From Nitrospirota bacterium (GTDB lineage: Bacteria > Nitrospirota > UBA9217), in the NCBI GenBank assembly GCA_035623825.1, contig DASPSR010000005.1:18313-82312 (forward strand): a DNA stretch of 64,000 nucleotides. Reading direction: 5' to 3'. Below are positions 22,311 through 31,287 of this stretch, piece by piece (within the stretch, counting starts at the first letter, position 1; every line of letters starts with the position of its first letter). The notes under the pieces were generated by a model. That model saw only the letters and a program-made list of their open reading frames with translations. It was not told the origin of the DNA and did no database searches. The position numbers and the translations under genes are program-made.

Positions 22311-23002
22311 TTTGCGCTCTTCTTCGCTTCGGCCTCATCCTTCATCTTCTTGAGGGAGCTGATCATGTTTATGGCGTCCCTCAAGGCGTTCGTCGCATCC
22401 TTAGCGTACCCGTCGGCGCCGTACTTTTCGGCAACGTCCTGGGACACCGGGGCGCCACCGATCATGATCTTCACATTGGGGTTCTTGGCCCGAAGGTCCT
22501 CGATGACCTTCTTCATACCGGTCATGGTCGTGGTCATCATGGCCGAGAGACAGACCAGGTCAGAATCGGTCCGGAGCTGCTCCTGCACAAACTTGTCGAG
22601 CGGAACGTCGCGGCCAAGGTCATAAACGGTGAATCCGGCCACGTCGAACATCATTTTTACAATGTTCTTGCCAATGTCGTGCACGTCTCCTTCTACGGTC
22701 CCGATCACTACCGAGCCTCTCACACCGAGGTCTAGCTGCTTGACATGCGGCTTTAAGATGTCGAGTCCCGCATACAGAGCGTCGGCGCACATCAGGAGCT
22801 CAGGCACGAAGTACTCCTGGGCCTCGAACATCCGGCCGACCTCTACCATTCCTGAGACCAGGCCGTTGAAGATGGCGTCGTTCGCGTCAACTCCCTCCGC
22901 GAGCACCTCGTTGGCGGCCTCCTTGGCAGTGTCCTCATCGTATTGTATGACCGCGTTCCTCAGCTTCTCCAACAGCCCTTTCTTTTTTTCTTCTGTAGCC
23001 AT
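22307..23002 (-). CDS. Methyltransferase cognate corrinoid protein (MtbC/MttC-like)
   Basis: GDVHDIGKN (DxHxxG), SAMMTTTM, IGGAP; N-terminal cap domain EYFVPELL. Confidence 0.95.
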   Translation of the reverse strand: MATEEKKKGLLEKLRNAVIQYDEDTAKEAANEVLAEGVDANDAIFNGLVSGMVEVGRMFEAQEYFVPELLMCADALYAGLDILKPHVKQLDLGVRGSVVIGTVEGDVHDIGKNIVKMMFDVAGFTVYDLGRDVPLDKFVQEQLRTDSDLVCLSAMMTTTMTGMKKVIEDLRAKNPNVKIMIGGAPVSQDVAEKYGADGYAKDATNALRDAINMISSLKKMKDEAEAKKSAK

Positions 23003-23006
23003 AGGA

Positions 23007-24026
23007 TTACCTCCTGTAGTTGTTCACTTCGTCCATCATCGCCTTGAAATTATCGACCGGCACCGTGGGCCAGATGTCACAGCCCGGCCAGACCGCGCTC
23101 ACACCGTCATCAATGCACTTCCGGACCGTGGCACGGACCAAGTCCGGGGTCCCGGCGACGAGAACGTTGTAAGGGTCGTAGTTCCCGAATACGAGTGCCT
23201 TGGGGCCCAGCTTCTTGCGGGTCTCGGCGACGTCATTCTTCTGGTCCACGCTGATCGCCCTGGCGCCGCTTTCCGCCATGAACGGCACGATGTCGTTCGT
23301 CTTGCCGCAGATGTGGAGAACGCTCGGGACCTTGAGTTTCGCGAAGATCTTCGTCAGGTACGGCAGGATAAGGCTCTTGAAGACACGGGGTGAGAGCACA
23401 TCTGAAGTAGCGCCCATCTCCCTCACGGTGATGTAGTCTACGCCTGCCTTTTCGTATTCTTGCGCCACCTGGATGGTCACCCCGGAGAGCGTGTCCAAGA
23501 GCTTGCCGATCTTGTCCGGCTTTTTGAAGGACAGCTTCAGGAGGTCGTTCAACTCCATTACCTGTCCGGCCAGGGTGAAGGGCCCGAGCACGTATGAGCC
23601 GACAGCCGCTTTGTCGCCAATATCGCTCTTCATGAACTTGATCACATCGAGCATCATGGGGACCCTCCCGCGCCTGACGAGGTCGGCGGGTACCACCAGT
23701 TCCATTTCTGCCTCGTTACGTACCAGTTTCTTCTTGATCGTGGGGTAGAGCAGGTCCTCGGAATGGGCATAGACGTTGATTTCGCAGCCGAGGGCTTCTG
23801 CCTCGATGCAGAGATCAAAAGGGGCGACGCCGCATTCGAAGCCGAACAGTTTATGCGTTGATGCGGCCGCAGCGGCCATCATCTTTGCGTCTAGATGAGT
23901 TGCCGCGAACTTCTGGTTGAGGGACTTGAGACCCTCGGTGGTCACGTTCCCCATGCCGCTGAAGCACGGCGGCCTGTCCACTGCCTCGCCGGCAAAGAGC
24001 TTTAGTACACGTTCTCGTGCGTTCAT
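23007..24026 (-). CDS. MtaA/CmuA-family (UroD-fold) methylcobamide:thiol methyltransferase, copy 1
   Basis: PFDLCIEAEALGC, GPFTLA, LHICG and PGCDI (Zn-binding H-x-C...C). Confidence 0.9.
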   Translation of the reverse strand: MNARERVLKLFAGEAVDRPPCFSGMGNVTTEGLKSLNQKFAATHLDAKMMAAAAASTHKLFGFECGVAPFDLCIEAEALGCEINVYAHSEDLLYPTIKKKLVRNEAEMELVVPADLVRRGRVPMMLDVIKFMKSDIGDKAAVGSYVLGPFTLAGQVMELNDLLKLSFKKPDKIGKLLDTLSGVTIQVAQEYEKAGVDYITVREMGATSDVLSPRVFKSLILPYLTKIFAKLKVPSVLHICGKTNDIVPFMAESGARAISVDQKNDVAETRKKLGPKALVFGNYDPYNVLVAGTPDLVRATVRKCIDDGVSAVWPGCDIWPTVPVDNFKAMMDEVNNYRR

Positions 24027-24163
24027 TGAACCTCCCTCTCACTGTTCCAATCTCAAAATCCGAGATCCAAATCCCCAATATACATCAGCATCCGGGCATG
24101 CGAACGCCCAGAATGTTGATGTTTTGAACTGGTTGATATTTGGAGCTTCGGGTTTGGTATATG

Positions 24164-25111
24164 TCATTTTCTCGCTCCCCCCGATTCGAGTTTAGTCAGG
24201 AAGTCTGAGAAGCACTTCCTGATCGGAAGCTGTGCATTGTCAGGTATCTTTCCCTGCTCCGAATAAACGAGCGTCGAGAGCAGGATATGCGCCGTAGCTA
24301 CGGCCGGGAAGATCCGGGACGCAGTGACGATGGGCCCGTAAAAGCTATAATCGCTCCAGAGCACCGAAGACATCCCCTGCGCCACGGCATCCATGGCCTT
24401 GAAGGCGTCGAGGCTCCAGAGCGTCTTTGCCTCCTTCCACATATGAGTGCCGTTCGAATAGGCGCCGCCGCAGGGAAGGCCGTACTTTTCCTTGATCAGG
24501 CGGTTCGCCACGAGCGAGAAGGACGTTGACGGCAGGTTCATGACCGATGTGTCGACGATCACGGTATCGAAGTCTCCGGCTCCCTGTTCCAGCAACCGCT
24601 CTAGCGAACTCACCCTGCCCGCGGGTGACTGGTCCTTATCGTCAAAGGCCTGCACCACAACATGCTTTATGCCGAGGTCCTTTAGTTTCTGCACCTGCCC
24701 CTTGACGTCTTTGTCCCAGGGCGTAATGCTGTTATACAGGAACTTGTCCTGCACCCCGAGCTTGGACACGTACTCCGTCGCCTTCGCGCGCTGCTCGGCG
24801 ACCCACATGTCGATGCCAAAGGGCATGTTCGTGGTCTCAAGGAAGAAATCGATGTAGATCTTTGCCTCTTCCGGCGTGTTGGCCACCATGGCGACCATGC
24901 CGGGGACGCCGGTTGACGCAGAGAGCGATTCCTGCTGCTTGATCAGTTCGGAGGCGCGCCTGCGGTCGAAATTGCCCTTCCGGTCCTGCATGATCTTGTC
25001 CTTGTTGTGGAACATGGAGGCGATCAGGAGCGGCGGCCTGTCGCCGGGTTGTCCGCCGATCGCCGTGCCGGCGATGGAGTAGACCTTTTGTTCTTTAGCA
25101 AACTTGAACAT
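24164..25111 (-). CDS. MtrH/MtgA-like pterin (THF):corrinoid methyltransferase
   Basis: MFKFAKEQKVYSIAGTAIGGQPG N-terminus typical of MtrH; YNSI, IKEKYGLPCG, YGPI; no other mtr subunits nearby. Confidence 0.85.
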   Translation of the reverse strand: MFKFAKEQKVYSIAGTAIGGQPGDRPPLLIASMFHNKDKIMQDRKGNFDRRRASELIKQQESLSASTGVPGMVAMVANTPEEAKIYIDFFLETTNMPFGIDMWVAEQRAKATEYVSKLGVQDKFLYNSITPWDKDVKGQVQKLKDLGIKHVVVQAFDDKDQSPAGRVSSLERLLEQGAGDFDTVIVDTSVMNLPSTSFSLVANRLIKEKYGLPCGGAYSNGTHMWKEAKTLWSLDAFKAMDAVAQGMSSVLWSDYSFYGPIVTASRIFPAVATAHILLSTLVYSEQGKIPDNAQLPIRKCFSDFLTKLESGGARK

Positions 25112-25272
25112 GAGAGCTCCTTTTAGTGAACCGATTACGTTTTTTCACACAGAAGCACCACGACACGGAGAAAATAGAATAAGGTGACGGAGTCGGTCAA
25201 AAGAGAGATGGATGTTCTCTGTGCCTCATGACCCCGCGGCAGATTGGTGCATTTTATGAATGTATGAGTACT

Positions 25273-25295
25273 GGGGAGGCTATAGAAGCCTCCCC
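25273..25295. terminator. GC-rich hairpin downstream of the CMD-family gene
   Basis: GGGGAGGCT-ataga-AGCCTCCCC inverted repeat, no clear U tract. Confidence 0.35.
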
Positions 25296-25310
25296 GGGGA
25301 CTGTCCGTGA

Positions 25311-25754
25311 TTAAAATACGCCGTGGTCGAACTTTGGCTGTGGAAGATACTCCCACTTCTCCCCCTTGCGGTACTTAGCCTCAATGTCAAGGCACTTCAG
25401 TGCGTACTCGAAGGCATAAGGAATGCCCGGCCCACCAGGCACGAAGCCCCCGAGGATCATGCCCACTGATGCCGCCTCGAAAATCTCGCCCGTGGTCGCT
25501 CCCGCATTGATCGCAGGGATCACGTGGATTATGCACCGCGGCGAGCAGTAACCCACACCGCCTGCCATAAACATCAGTTCCTTCACCTTACGGGAAAGGG
25601 CCCCATCGCCAAATATTGTCGCATAGAAATCGGCGAAAGTCCTCCCCGGTTCAGGGGTCACGGTGTTGATGATCTGAAACATCCTCGGCACGAACCCGCA
25701 CTGCTTCTTCATGTACTCGTTCACTTCTTCCAATGTCATTTTCTTATCAGCCAT
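25311..25754 (-). CDS. Carboxymuconolactone decarboxylase/AhpD-family protein
   Basis: GALSRKVKELM, YCSPRCIIH, AGATTGEIFEA; SD GGAGGT before ATG 25754 (alternative GTG 25829). Confidence 0.82.
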   Translation of the reverse strand: MADKKMTLEEVNEYMKKQCGFVPRMFQIINTVTPEPGRTFADFYATIFGDGALSRKVKELMFMAGGVGYCSPRCIIHVIPAINAGATTGEIFEAASVGMILGGFVPGGPGIPYAFEYALKCLDIEAKYRKGEKWEYLPQPKFDHGVF

Positions 25755-26027
25755 TTTTTTTACCTCCCCTTGCCCGGGTGCTTTCTGTGCCCCGGAAAAA
25801 AGTTTTTTCAACTCCTCCAAGATGCCCACAAACCGCACCTCCTTCCTTACATATAAGCTGGAACCGCCTCACCTCCTTTTCTCTAGTCCGGATAAACCGG
25901 AATCAACAAAATAGCGTCACGGTCACGATGCCGGTTCATCTTTGCGGCCACATAGTCCGTGTTCTCATCTTTCCGTTTCGAACTAAGCCTCACGATACAA
26001 GCCTCGTAACCATATGACGTCACCGTC

Positions 26028-27056
26028 TTATGGTTTCGATTCATGCGCCGCCTGAATGAACTTCCTGATATTGTCATAGGGCACCGTGGGCGGAATATCG
26101 CAGCCCGGCATGAGCACAAAGCCGCCGCCCGTACCGCAAGTTTTAATTACATCCTTGCAGGTGTTTTCCACGTCCTGCACGGAGCCGTTTAGCATAATCT
26201 TCACCGGGTCCACATTACCGCCGAAACACATCTTCCCGTGGAGCACTTCATTTGCCTTTACCATGTCCGTCTTGTGGTCCAGGCTGATGCAGCTTGCCCC
26301 TGTTTGCGGGAAGAGGTCAAGTCGGTCCGTGGTGTTGCCGCAGATGTGGACCAGCGTATGAACGCCCTTGGACCTCGCCCAGTCAGTGAATTTCTTGAGA
26401 TAGGGCACAGCAAACTTCTCGAACTGCTTCCGGGAGATGAGATCTCCCGAGGCTGTGGGGTCCGCAAGGCTTATGACCTCAAGCGTTTTGTCCGCGACGA
26501 TTGGTTCGTAGAGGTGGATCAGGAGATCGGTGGCGAAGTCCACGACCTTCTCGACAAAGGCCGGCTTCTTGAAGGTGGCCTTCATCATGGCCTCCTCTCC
26601 CACGAATCGGGCGCCGAGGGTGAAGGGGCCCCAAGCCGTCATGGTCACAGCATAGGTGTCGCCGATCTTCGCTTTCGTCTGGCGCAAAGACTTTTTTACA
26701 ACATTTATGGTCTCGTCCTTGTCTATGTCAGCAATCTTGAGCTTCGCTAGGTCCTCCTCCGACGACACGAAGTGGCCCTCAAGGTCAGGCGCACCCATCT
26801 CGCGGAACTTGATCTTCCCGCCCAGGGCCGAGGCGTGGAAATTATTGTAACCCGAACCGGCGTATACGACATCGCACTGAAGCGTTTCGCTCATGGCAAC
26901 GAGCATGGCGGTCATCTTGTCAGCGTTCCGTGCAAGTTCCTCGAATGACGTCCCGAACCGCTTGATGCTCCACATACCCGCGCCGAAGAGGGTCACCGGC
27001 AACCTTTCGGTCTTGCCTCCCTCAAAGGCTTTGAGAATCACGTTCTTCGGTTTCAT
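26028..27056 (-). CDS. MtaA/CmuA-family (UroD-fold) methyltransferase, copy 2
   Basis: WGPFTL, ADPTASGDLIS, VHICG, GNVDP, MPGCDIP (Zn-binding H-x-C...C). Confidence 0.88.
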   Translation of the reverse strand: MKPKNVILKAFEGGKTERLPVTLFGAGMWSIKRFGTSFEELARNADKMTAMLVAMSETLQCDVVYAGSGYNNFHASALGGKIKFREMGAPDLEGHFVSSEEDLAKLKIADIDKDETINVVKKSLRQTKAKIGDTYAVTMTAWGPFTLGARFVGEEAMMKATFKKPAFVEKVVDFATDLLIHLYEPIVADKTLEVISLADPTASGDLISRKQFEKFAVPYLKKFTDWARSKGVHTLVHICGNTTDRLDLFPQTGASCISLDHKTDMVKANEVLHGKMCFGGNVDPVKIMLNGSVQDVENTCKDVIKTCGTGGGFVLMPGCDIPPTVPYDNIRKFIQAAHESKP

Positions 27057-27090
27057 AGCGTCTCCTTCCTAACTAAGTGGAATTGCATTC

Positions 27091-27420
27091 TCAGATTGCA
27101 TAACTGTGGACCATCCGCTTGAAATCTTCAAGGTCAAGAGGCGTCTCAACCGCAGCCTCATTATAATTAGTGCGCCCGAAGCCAAGACACAGGACGGGTA
27201 TTTCCGGTGCCACGGTCTTGATGATATGCACAGCGTCCTCCGCGGACAGGCCAAAAGGCTCTGAGTCAACGATGATGAGGTCATAACTCCGGCGCAGGAC
27301 TTTCTGGACGGCGTGGGCGGGGTGTTCGACAGTTTCCACATTATGCCCTTCATCCCGAAGGACCCCGTACAGGCTCTTAATCATCAGGGGATTGGAGGAA
27401 CAGAGGATGATATCTTTCAT
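27091..27420 (-). CDS. Stand-alone degenerate receiver-domain protein
   Basis: LRDEGHNVETV...YDLIIVD...PEIPVLCL CheY-like pattern; ATG 27420 preferred because 27432 lies upstream of the predicted sigma54 start site. Confidence 0.65.
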   Translation of the reverse strand: MKDIILCSSNPLMIKSLYGVLRDEGHNVETVEHPAHAVQKVLRRSYDLIIVDSEPFGLSAEDAVHIIKTVAPEIPVLCLGFGRTNYNEAAVETPLDLEDFKRMVHSYAI

Positions 27421-27434
27421 GCTAGCAGACATGG

Positions 27435-27450
27435 TGCAACTACGATGCCA
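27435..27450 (-). promoter_or_regulatory. sigma54 (-24/-12) promoter heading the methyltransferase operon
   Basis: Minus strand TGGCAT-CGTAG-TTGCA matches TGGCAC-N5-TTGCW. Confidence 0.8.
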
Positions 27451-27690
27451 GGCCGCAGATGGGACCGCATTGGAAGAGGCCTATATCGTACCTCGCTATT
27501 AAGTGTTACTGAAAGAAGTCAGTCAGGGTCCCCCACTGCGATTCCCGAGAAGAGAAAAGCACCCGAAAACCCGGAGGAAACGCGTCCTGCATTTTCATTG
27601 ATGGTCCTGTAGCTCGCATCCGGGGAGTCGGAGCCCACGGCGTCGTCCGAGGCCTCAAGCTGAATCTATAGATTATCTTCATCTGCAGAA

Positions 27691-27731
27691 TAGATGAAAA
27701 ATGCCCCACGCTGCGGGGATATTTTCCTCAC
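27691..27731. promoter_or_regulatory. Candidate tandem enhancer (UAS) sites for an NtrC-family activator
   Basis: Minus strand GTGAGGAAAATATCCCCGC and GTGGGGCATTTTTCATCTA, imperfect dyads with 22-bp period, ~250 bp upstream of the sigma54 promoter. Confidence 0.45.
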
Positions 27732-27773
27732 CTTATGCGTAGTATGAGATCGGATGGATCGTTGTTCTTTGTC

Positions 27774-28640
27774 CTACTTTTTCCCGATGGCATGCAGTAT
27801 TTCGCTCACCGAGTCTGATCGATTCATGGTGTAAAAGTGGAAATACTTCACTCCGTTTTTCATCAGGTCCTCACATTGCCGGACCGCGAATTCCACGCCG
27901 CGCTTCCGCATTTCTTCGGGCATGTCCATCACCGGCTCCATCCTTTCGAGGATTTCCCTCGGCACCGTAGCATTGCAGAGACTGGCGAACTCTGCGACTC
28001 TCTTACAGTCTATGATCGGCATGATTCCCGGTAGAACGGGTATCGAGATGCCGAGTTTCTCGGCCCGGTCCATGAAGGCGTAATAGTAGTGGTTGTCGAA
28101 GAACATCTGAGTGATGGCGAAATCCGCACCAGCATCGATTTTTTGCTTCGTAAATTCCATGTCTTTCTCTATGCTTGGCGACTGCCCATGCCCCTCGGGA
28201 TACACTGCCACGGCAATAGAAAAAGAGCCGTATTTCTGGATGAGATCGACGAGGTCTCGTGCGTATTTAAACTCTCCCTGGCCTAGGCTAAAGCATGGTG
28301 CGTTCCTTGGCGGGTCGCCGCGTAGCGCAAGAATGCTGTCGATGCCGGCGGCCTGGTACTTCTCAAGGAGCACAGACAGGGACGCCCTCGTCGCCCCGAC
28401 GCACGTAAGGTGCGACATTACGGTGAGCTCAGTCTCATTTTTTATCTCTGTAAGGGCCTCGAACGTCCTATCCTGAGTGGTGCCGCCTGCCCCGTAAGTA
28501 ACGGAAACGTACAGCGGGTCGAAGACCTTAAGTTCTTGTACGACCTTAATGAACGCGTCTCTTCCCGCATTCGACTTCGGCGGGAAGAATTCGAAGGATA
28601 TCCCTTCCTTCCGCTCTTTCAGTTTTTCTATGAGTTTCAT
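27774..28640 (-). CDS. metF: 5,10-methylenetetrahydrofolate reductase
   Basis: SFEFFPPK, SVTYGAGG, HLTC, LALRGDPP, ITQMFFD, HFYTMNR. Confidence 0.95.
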   Translation of the reverse strand: MKLIEKLKERKEGISFEFFPPKSNAGRDAFIKVVQELKVFDPLYVSVTYGAGGTTQDRTFEALTEIKNETELTVMSHLTCVGATRASLSVLLEKYQAAGIDSILALRGDPPRNAPCFSLGQGEFKYARDLVDLIQKYGSFSIAVAVYPEGHGQSPSIEKDMEFTKQKIDAGADFAITQMFFDNHYYYAFMDRAEKLGISIPVLPGIMPIIDCKRVAEFASLCNATVPREILERMEPVMDMPEEMRKRGVEFAVRQCEDLMKNGVKYFHFYTMNRSDSVSEILHAIGKK

Positions 28641-28805
28641 GGTTTTATCCTCTGACAGTATTATCCCTCTTTTGGATGCTTTTTTACCATTTTGAAATCA
28701 TGGTCACATAATGTGGCATCGCCATTGCATTAAACTGAACATCGGATTCTTTTTGCATTCTGTCGCATCGGTGAATTCAGTATAGTAAATTAAAGAGACG
28801 GTCTT

Positions 28806-29681
28806 ATGAAAACGACAATTGTCTGCGGTTTGCTGGGTTCGGGAAAGACAACGTTTATCAGGAACTTCGTGAAGGGCCTGGCGGGGAAAGCCGTTGTTCT
28901 GGTGAACGATTTCGGCGCCGCAGGAATCGACGGAGAGATATTCTCCACGGACGGAATCGAATCTGTCGAGCTGCCGAGCGGGTGCGTGTGTTGCACCCTT
29001 AAGTTCGACCTGATCACCACGATCCAGAGAATCGCCAAGACGTTCGCTCCAAAGCACCTCCTGATCGAACCGAGCGGTGTTGCATCTCCTTCCGGCGTGC
29101 TTGAGGCACTCGAAGGTGCTGGAATCGGGACGGCGAACGTGGTCGGTATCGTAGATGCCGTGGAGTTTGCCGAACTCTACGAATCGGGCAGGTACGGAAG
29201 CTTCTTCGAGGATCAGATAGCCAACTCCGACGTTATCCTCGTGAACAAGACTGACCTCGCCGGAGAGGCCGCCATCGCTGCTGCGGAACGGTTGATCGCA
29301 TCCATCAATCCCCATGCCGTACTTCTCCGTACGGTGAACGCCGATATTGATATTCCCCTTCCCCGGTCGCCCCAACACCGCAGAATTCGTTCAGGCGATT
29401 GTCATTTCAATTTTGAGACGGTGTCGTTAAGGATCATCAGTAAGCCTGCTTTCTCCGTAATAAAAGACTTTTTTGATGAACTAGCGAAAGGACGGTTCGG
29501 GTCAGTGGCGCGGGCAAAGGCGCTGGTGAACACGCAGGAGGGACCGTACCGGTTCGACACCGCCTACGGCAAGATTAACGCGGTCCGCTTTGAAAAGGAC
29601 ATCGAGAACAGCAGGCTTGTCGTCATCGGAGAAGCGCTGGACAGGCAGGGCATGGAGCGTGCTCTCTTCGCGGGCATATAA
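28806..29681 (+). CDS. CobW/COG0523 G3E GTPase metallochaperone
   Basis: GLLGSGKTT, LVNDFG, GCVCC, IEPSG, NKTD, C-terminal SRLVVIG. Confidence 0.9.
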   Translation: MKTTIVCGLLGSGKTTFIRNFVKGLAGKAVVLVNDFGAAGIDGEIFSTDGIESVELPSGCVCCTLKFDLITTIQRIAKTFAPKHLLIEPSGVASPSGVLEALEGAGIGTANVVGIVDAVEFAELYESGRYGSFFEDQIANSDVILVNKTDLAGEAAIAAAERLIASINPHAVLLRTVNADIDIPLPRSPQHRRIRSGDCHFNFETVSLRIISKPAFSVIKDFFDELAKGRFGSVARAKALVNTQEGPYRFDTAYGKINAVRFEKDIENSRLVVIGEALDRQGMERALFAGI

Positions 29682-29845
29682 CAGGTTCTTCAAACACTGA
29701 ACGTGATTGTATATCGCAGCCTACTGTCGACGTCCCGGCACCGCCAACACGGAAGGAATCATTCACGAGTCCGTGCACATGACGCTGCTCATTATTGCAG
29801 GACATACTTGTCGTTTCACGCTATAGCCGTGATGACGTTATAACA

Positions 29846-31180
29846 CTAGGGATTGATCCCGTACTTTTTGAGTTTAAGGTAAAGGGTTTTCCGGTCTATC
29901 CCCAAGAGTTGGCTTGCTTTGGACTGGTTGTTGTTCGCTTCCTTCAGGACCTGCAGGATGTATTTCTTCTCCATCTCTTCGAGGGAAGGGTTGGTCCCGA
30001 GTTGCGCGACGACAGAAGGGGATGGTATCGAGAGGTCTTCGGCCCCAAGAGTGTCCGATTCGCACAGTATCACTGCCCGTTCGATAACATTCTCGAGTTC
30101 CCGCACGTTGCCTGGCCAGTGGTATGCCGCAAGCATTTCCAGGGCATCGGGCGTGAGGCCAGTGATGTGCTTGGCGAGCTTTTTCGCATACTTCTCGAGA
30201 AAATGGCGGGCAAGCTCCGGGATGTCCTCTTTCCGCTCCCGGAGGTGTGGAATGGCAATGTTGATTACGTTCAATCGGTAAAAGAGGTCTTCCCTGAACT
30301 TTCCGGCCTTGATCAGCTGAGGAATGTCCTTGTTCGTCGCGGCGATTACCCGCACGTCAACAGAGAGGGTCTTGTTCCCGCCCACCCGCCGGAACTCGCC
30401 GGAATCGAGGAACCGAAGGAGTTTTGCCTGGAGCGCGATAGGCATCTCTCCGATCTCATCGAGGAAGAGAGTCCCCTTATCCGCCACTTCAACGAGTCCG
30501 TGCTTCATCTGGTATGCGCTGGTAAAGGCTCCTTTCTCGTGGCCGAAGAGCTCTGACTCGATGAGGTTCTCTGACAGGGAGGCGCAATTTAGGGCGATGA
30601 ACGGAGCCTCCTTGCGCGTGCTGTAGTGCCAGACGGTGTTCGCGACAAGCTCCTTGCCCGTGCCGCTCTCGCCCTGGATGAACACAGGCGAGTCCGTGGG
30701 AGCCACCTTCTGGATGAGCGCGAGGATGTCCTTGAGCTGTTTGCTTTTACCGACGAACTCCAAGGGAGATTCGATTCTGACCAGCTCCTGCTCCAGAAGC
30801 TTGCTCTTGACTGAGAGCCTGCCGTACTCGTAGGCCCGCTCGATGACGATCACCAGCTCATCGAGTTTGTAGGGCTTGGTGAGGTAGTCATAGGCGCCGT
30901 TCTTCATGGCCTCCACCGCGGTCTCCACCGTTGCCTTGCCGGTCAGTACGATGATAGTTGGCGCTTCCGAGTCCTCCTTTAGCTTCTTCATGAGCGATAT
31001 TCCGTCCACGCCGGGCATGACGATGTCGAGGAGGATCACATCGAACGAGCGATTGCGCAGGAGCCGCAGGGCCTCGCTTCCGTCTGCGGTTGCCTCCACG
31101 GAATAGCCTTTACGGGTAAGCTCTTTTTTCAGGAGCCTTCTGAATGGCTCTTCATCATCCACGACGAGAATGTTGATCAT
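29846..31180 (-). CDS. sigma54-dependent NtrC-family response regulator
   Basis: Receiver (VVDDE, LLDIVMP), GESGTGKE, GAFTSA, LFLDEIGE, WPGNVRELEN, Fis HTH; ATG 31180. Confidence 0.95.
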   Translation of the reverse strand: MINILVVDDEEPFRRLLKKELTRKGYSVEATADGSEALRLLRNRSFDVILLDIVMPGVDGISLMKKLKEDSEAPTIIVLTGKATVETAVEAMKNGAYDYLTKPYKLDELVIVIERAYEYGRLSVKSKLLEQELVRIESPLEFVGKSKQLKDILALIQKVAPTDSPVFIQGESGTGKELVANTVWHYSTRKEAPFIALNCASLSENLIESELFGHEKGAFTSAYQMKHGLVEVADKGTLFLDEIGEMPIALQAKLLRFLDSGEFRRVGGNKTLSVDVRVIAATNKDIPQLIKAGKFREDLFYRLNVINIAIPHLRERKEDIPELARHFLEKYAKKLAKHITGLTPDALEMLAAYHWPGNVRELENVIERAVILCESDTLGAEDLSIPSPSVVAQLGTNPSLEEMEKKYILQVLKEANNNQSKASQLLGIDRKTLYLKLKKYGINP

Positions 31181-31287
31181 AATAGGAAACTCAACGGCGA
31201 AGGTGTGAAAAACACGCAGATTTTTCGTAACTGCAAGACTTAAAGATTTCCTCTGCGCTTTTCGCAGTGAAATGCGCCTTTGATTTC

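Noticed and set aside
14706-28640. Interpretation as methanogenesis or archaeal contamination
   Set aside because: No mcr or other mtr subunits in the window; bacterial-type RACo, MetF, sigma54 promoter and codon style continuous with the flanking bacterial core genes
28641-28805. SAM, SAH or cobalamin riboswitch upstream of metF or cobW
   Set aside because: No conserved core motifs recognised in this short divergent spacer
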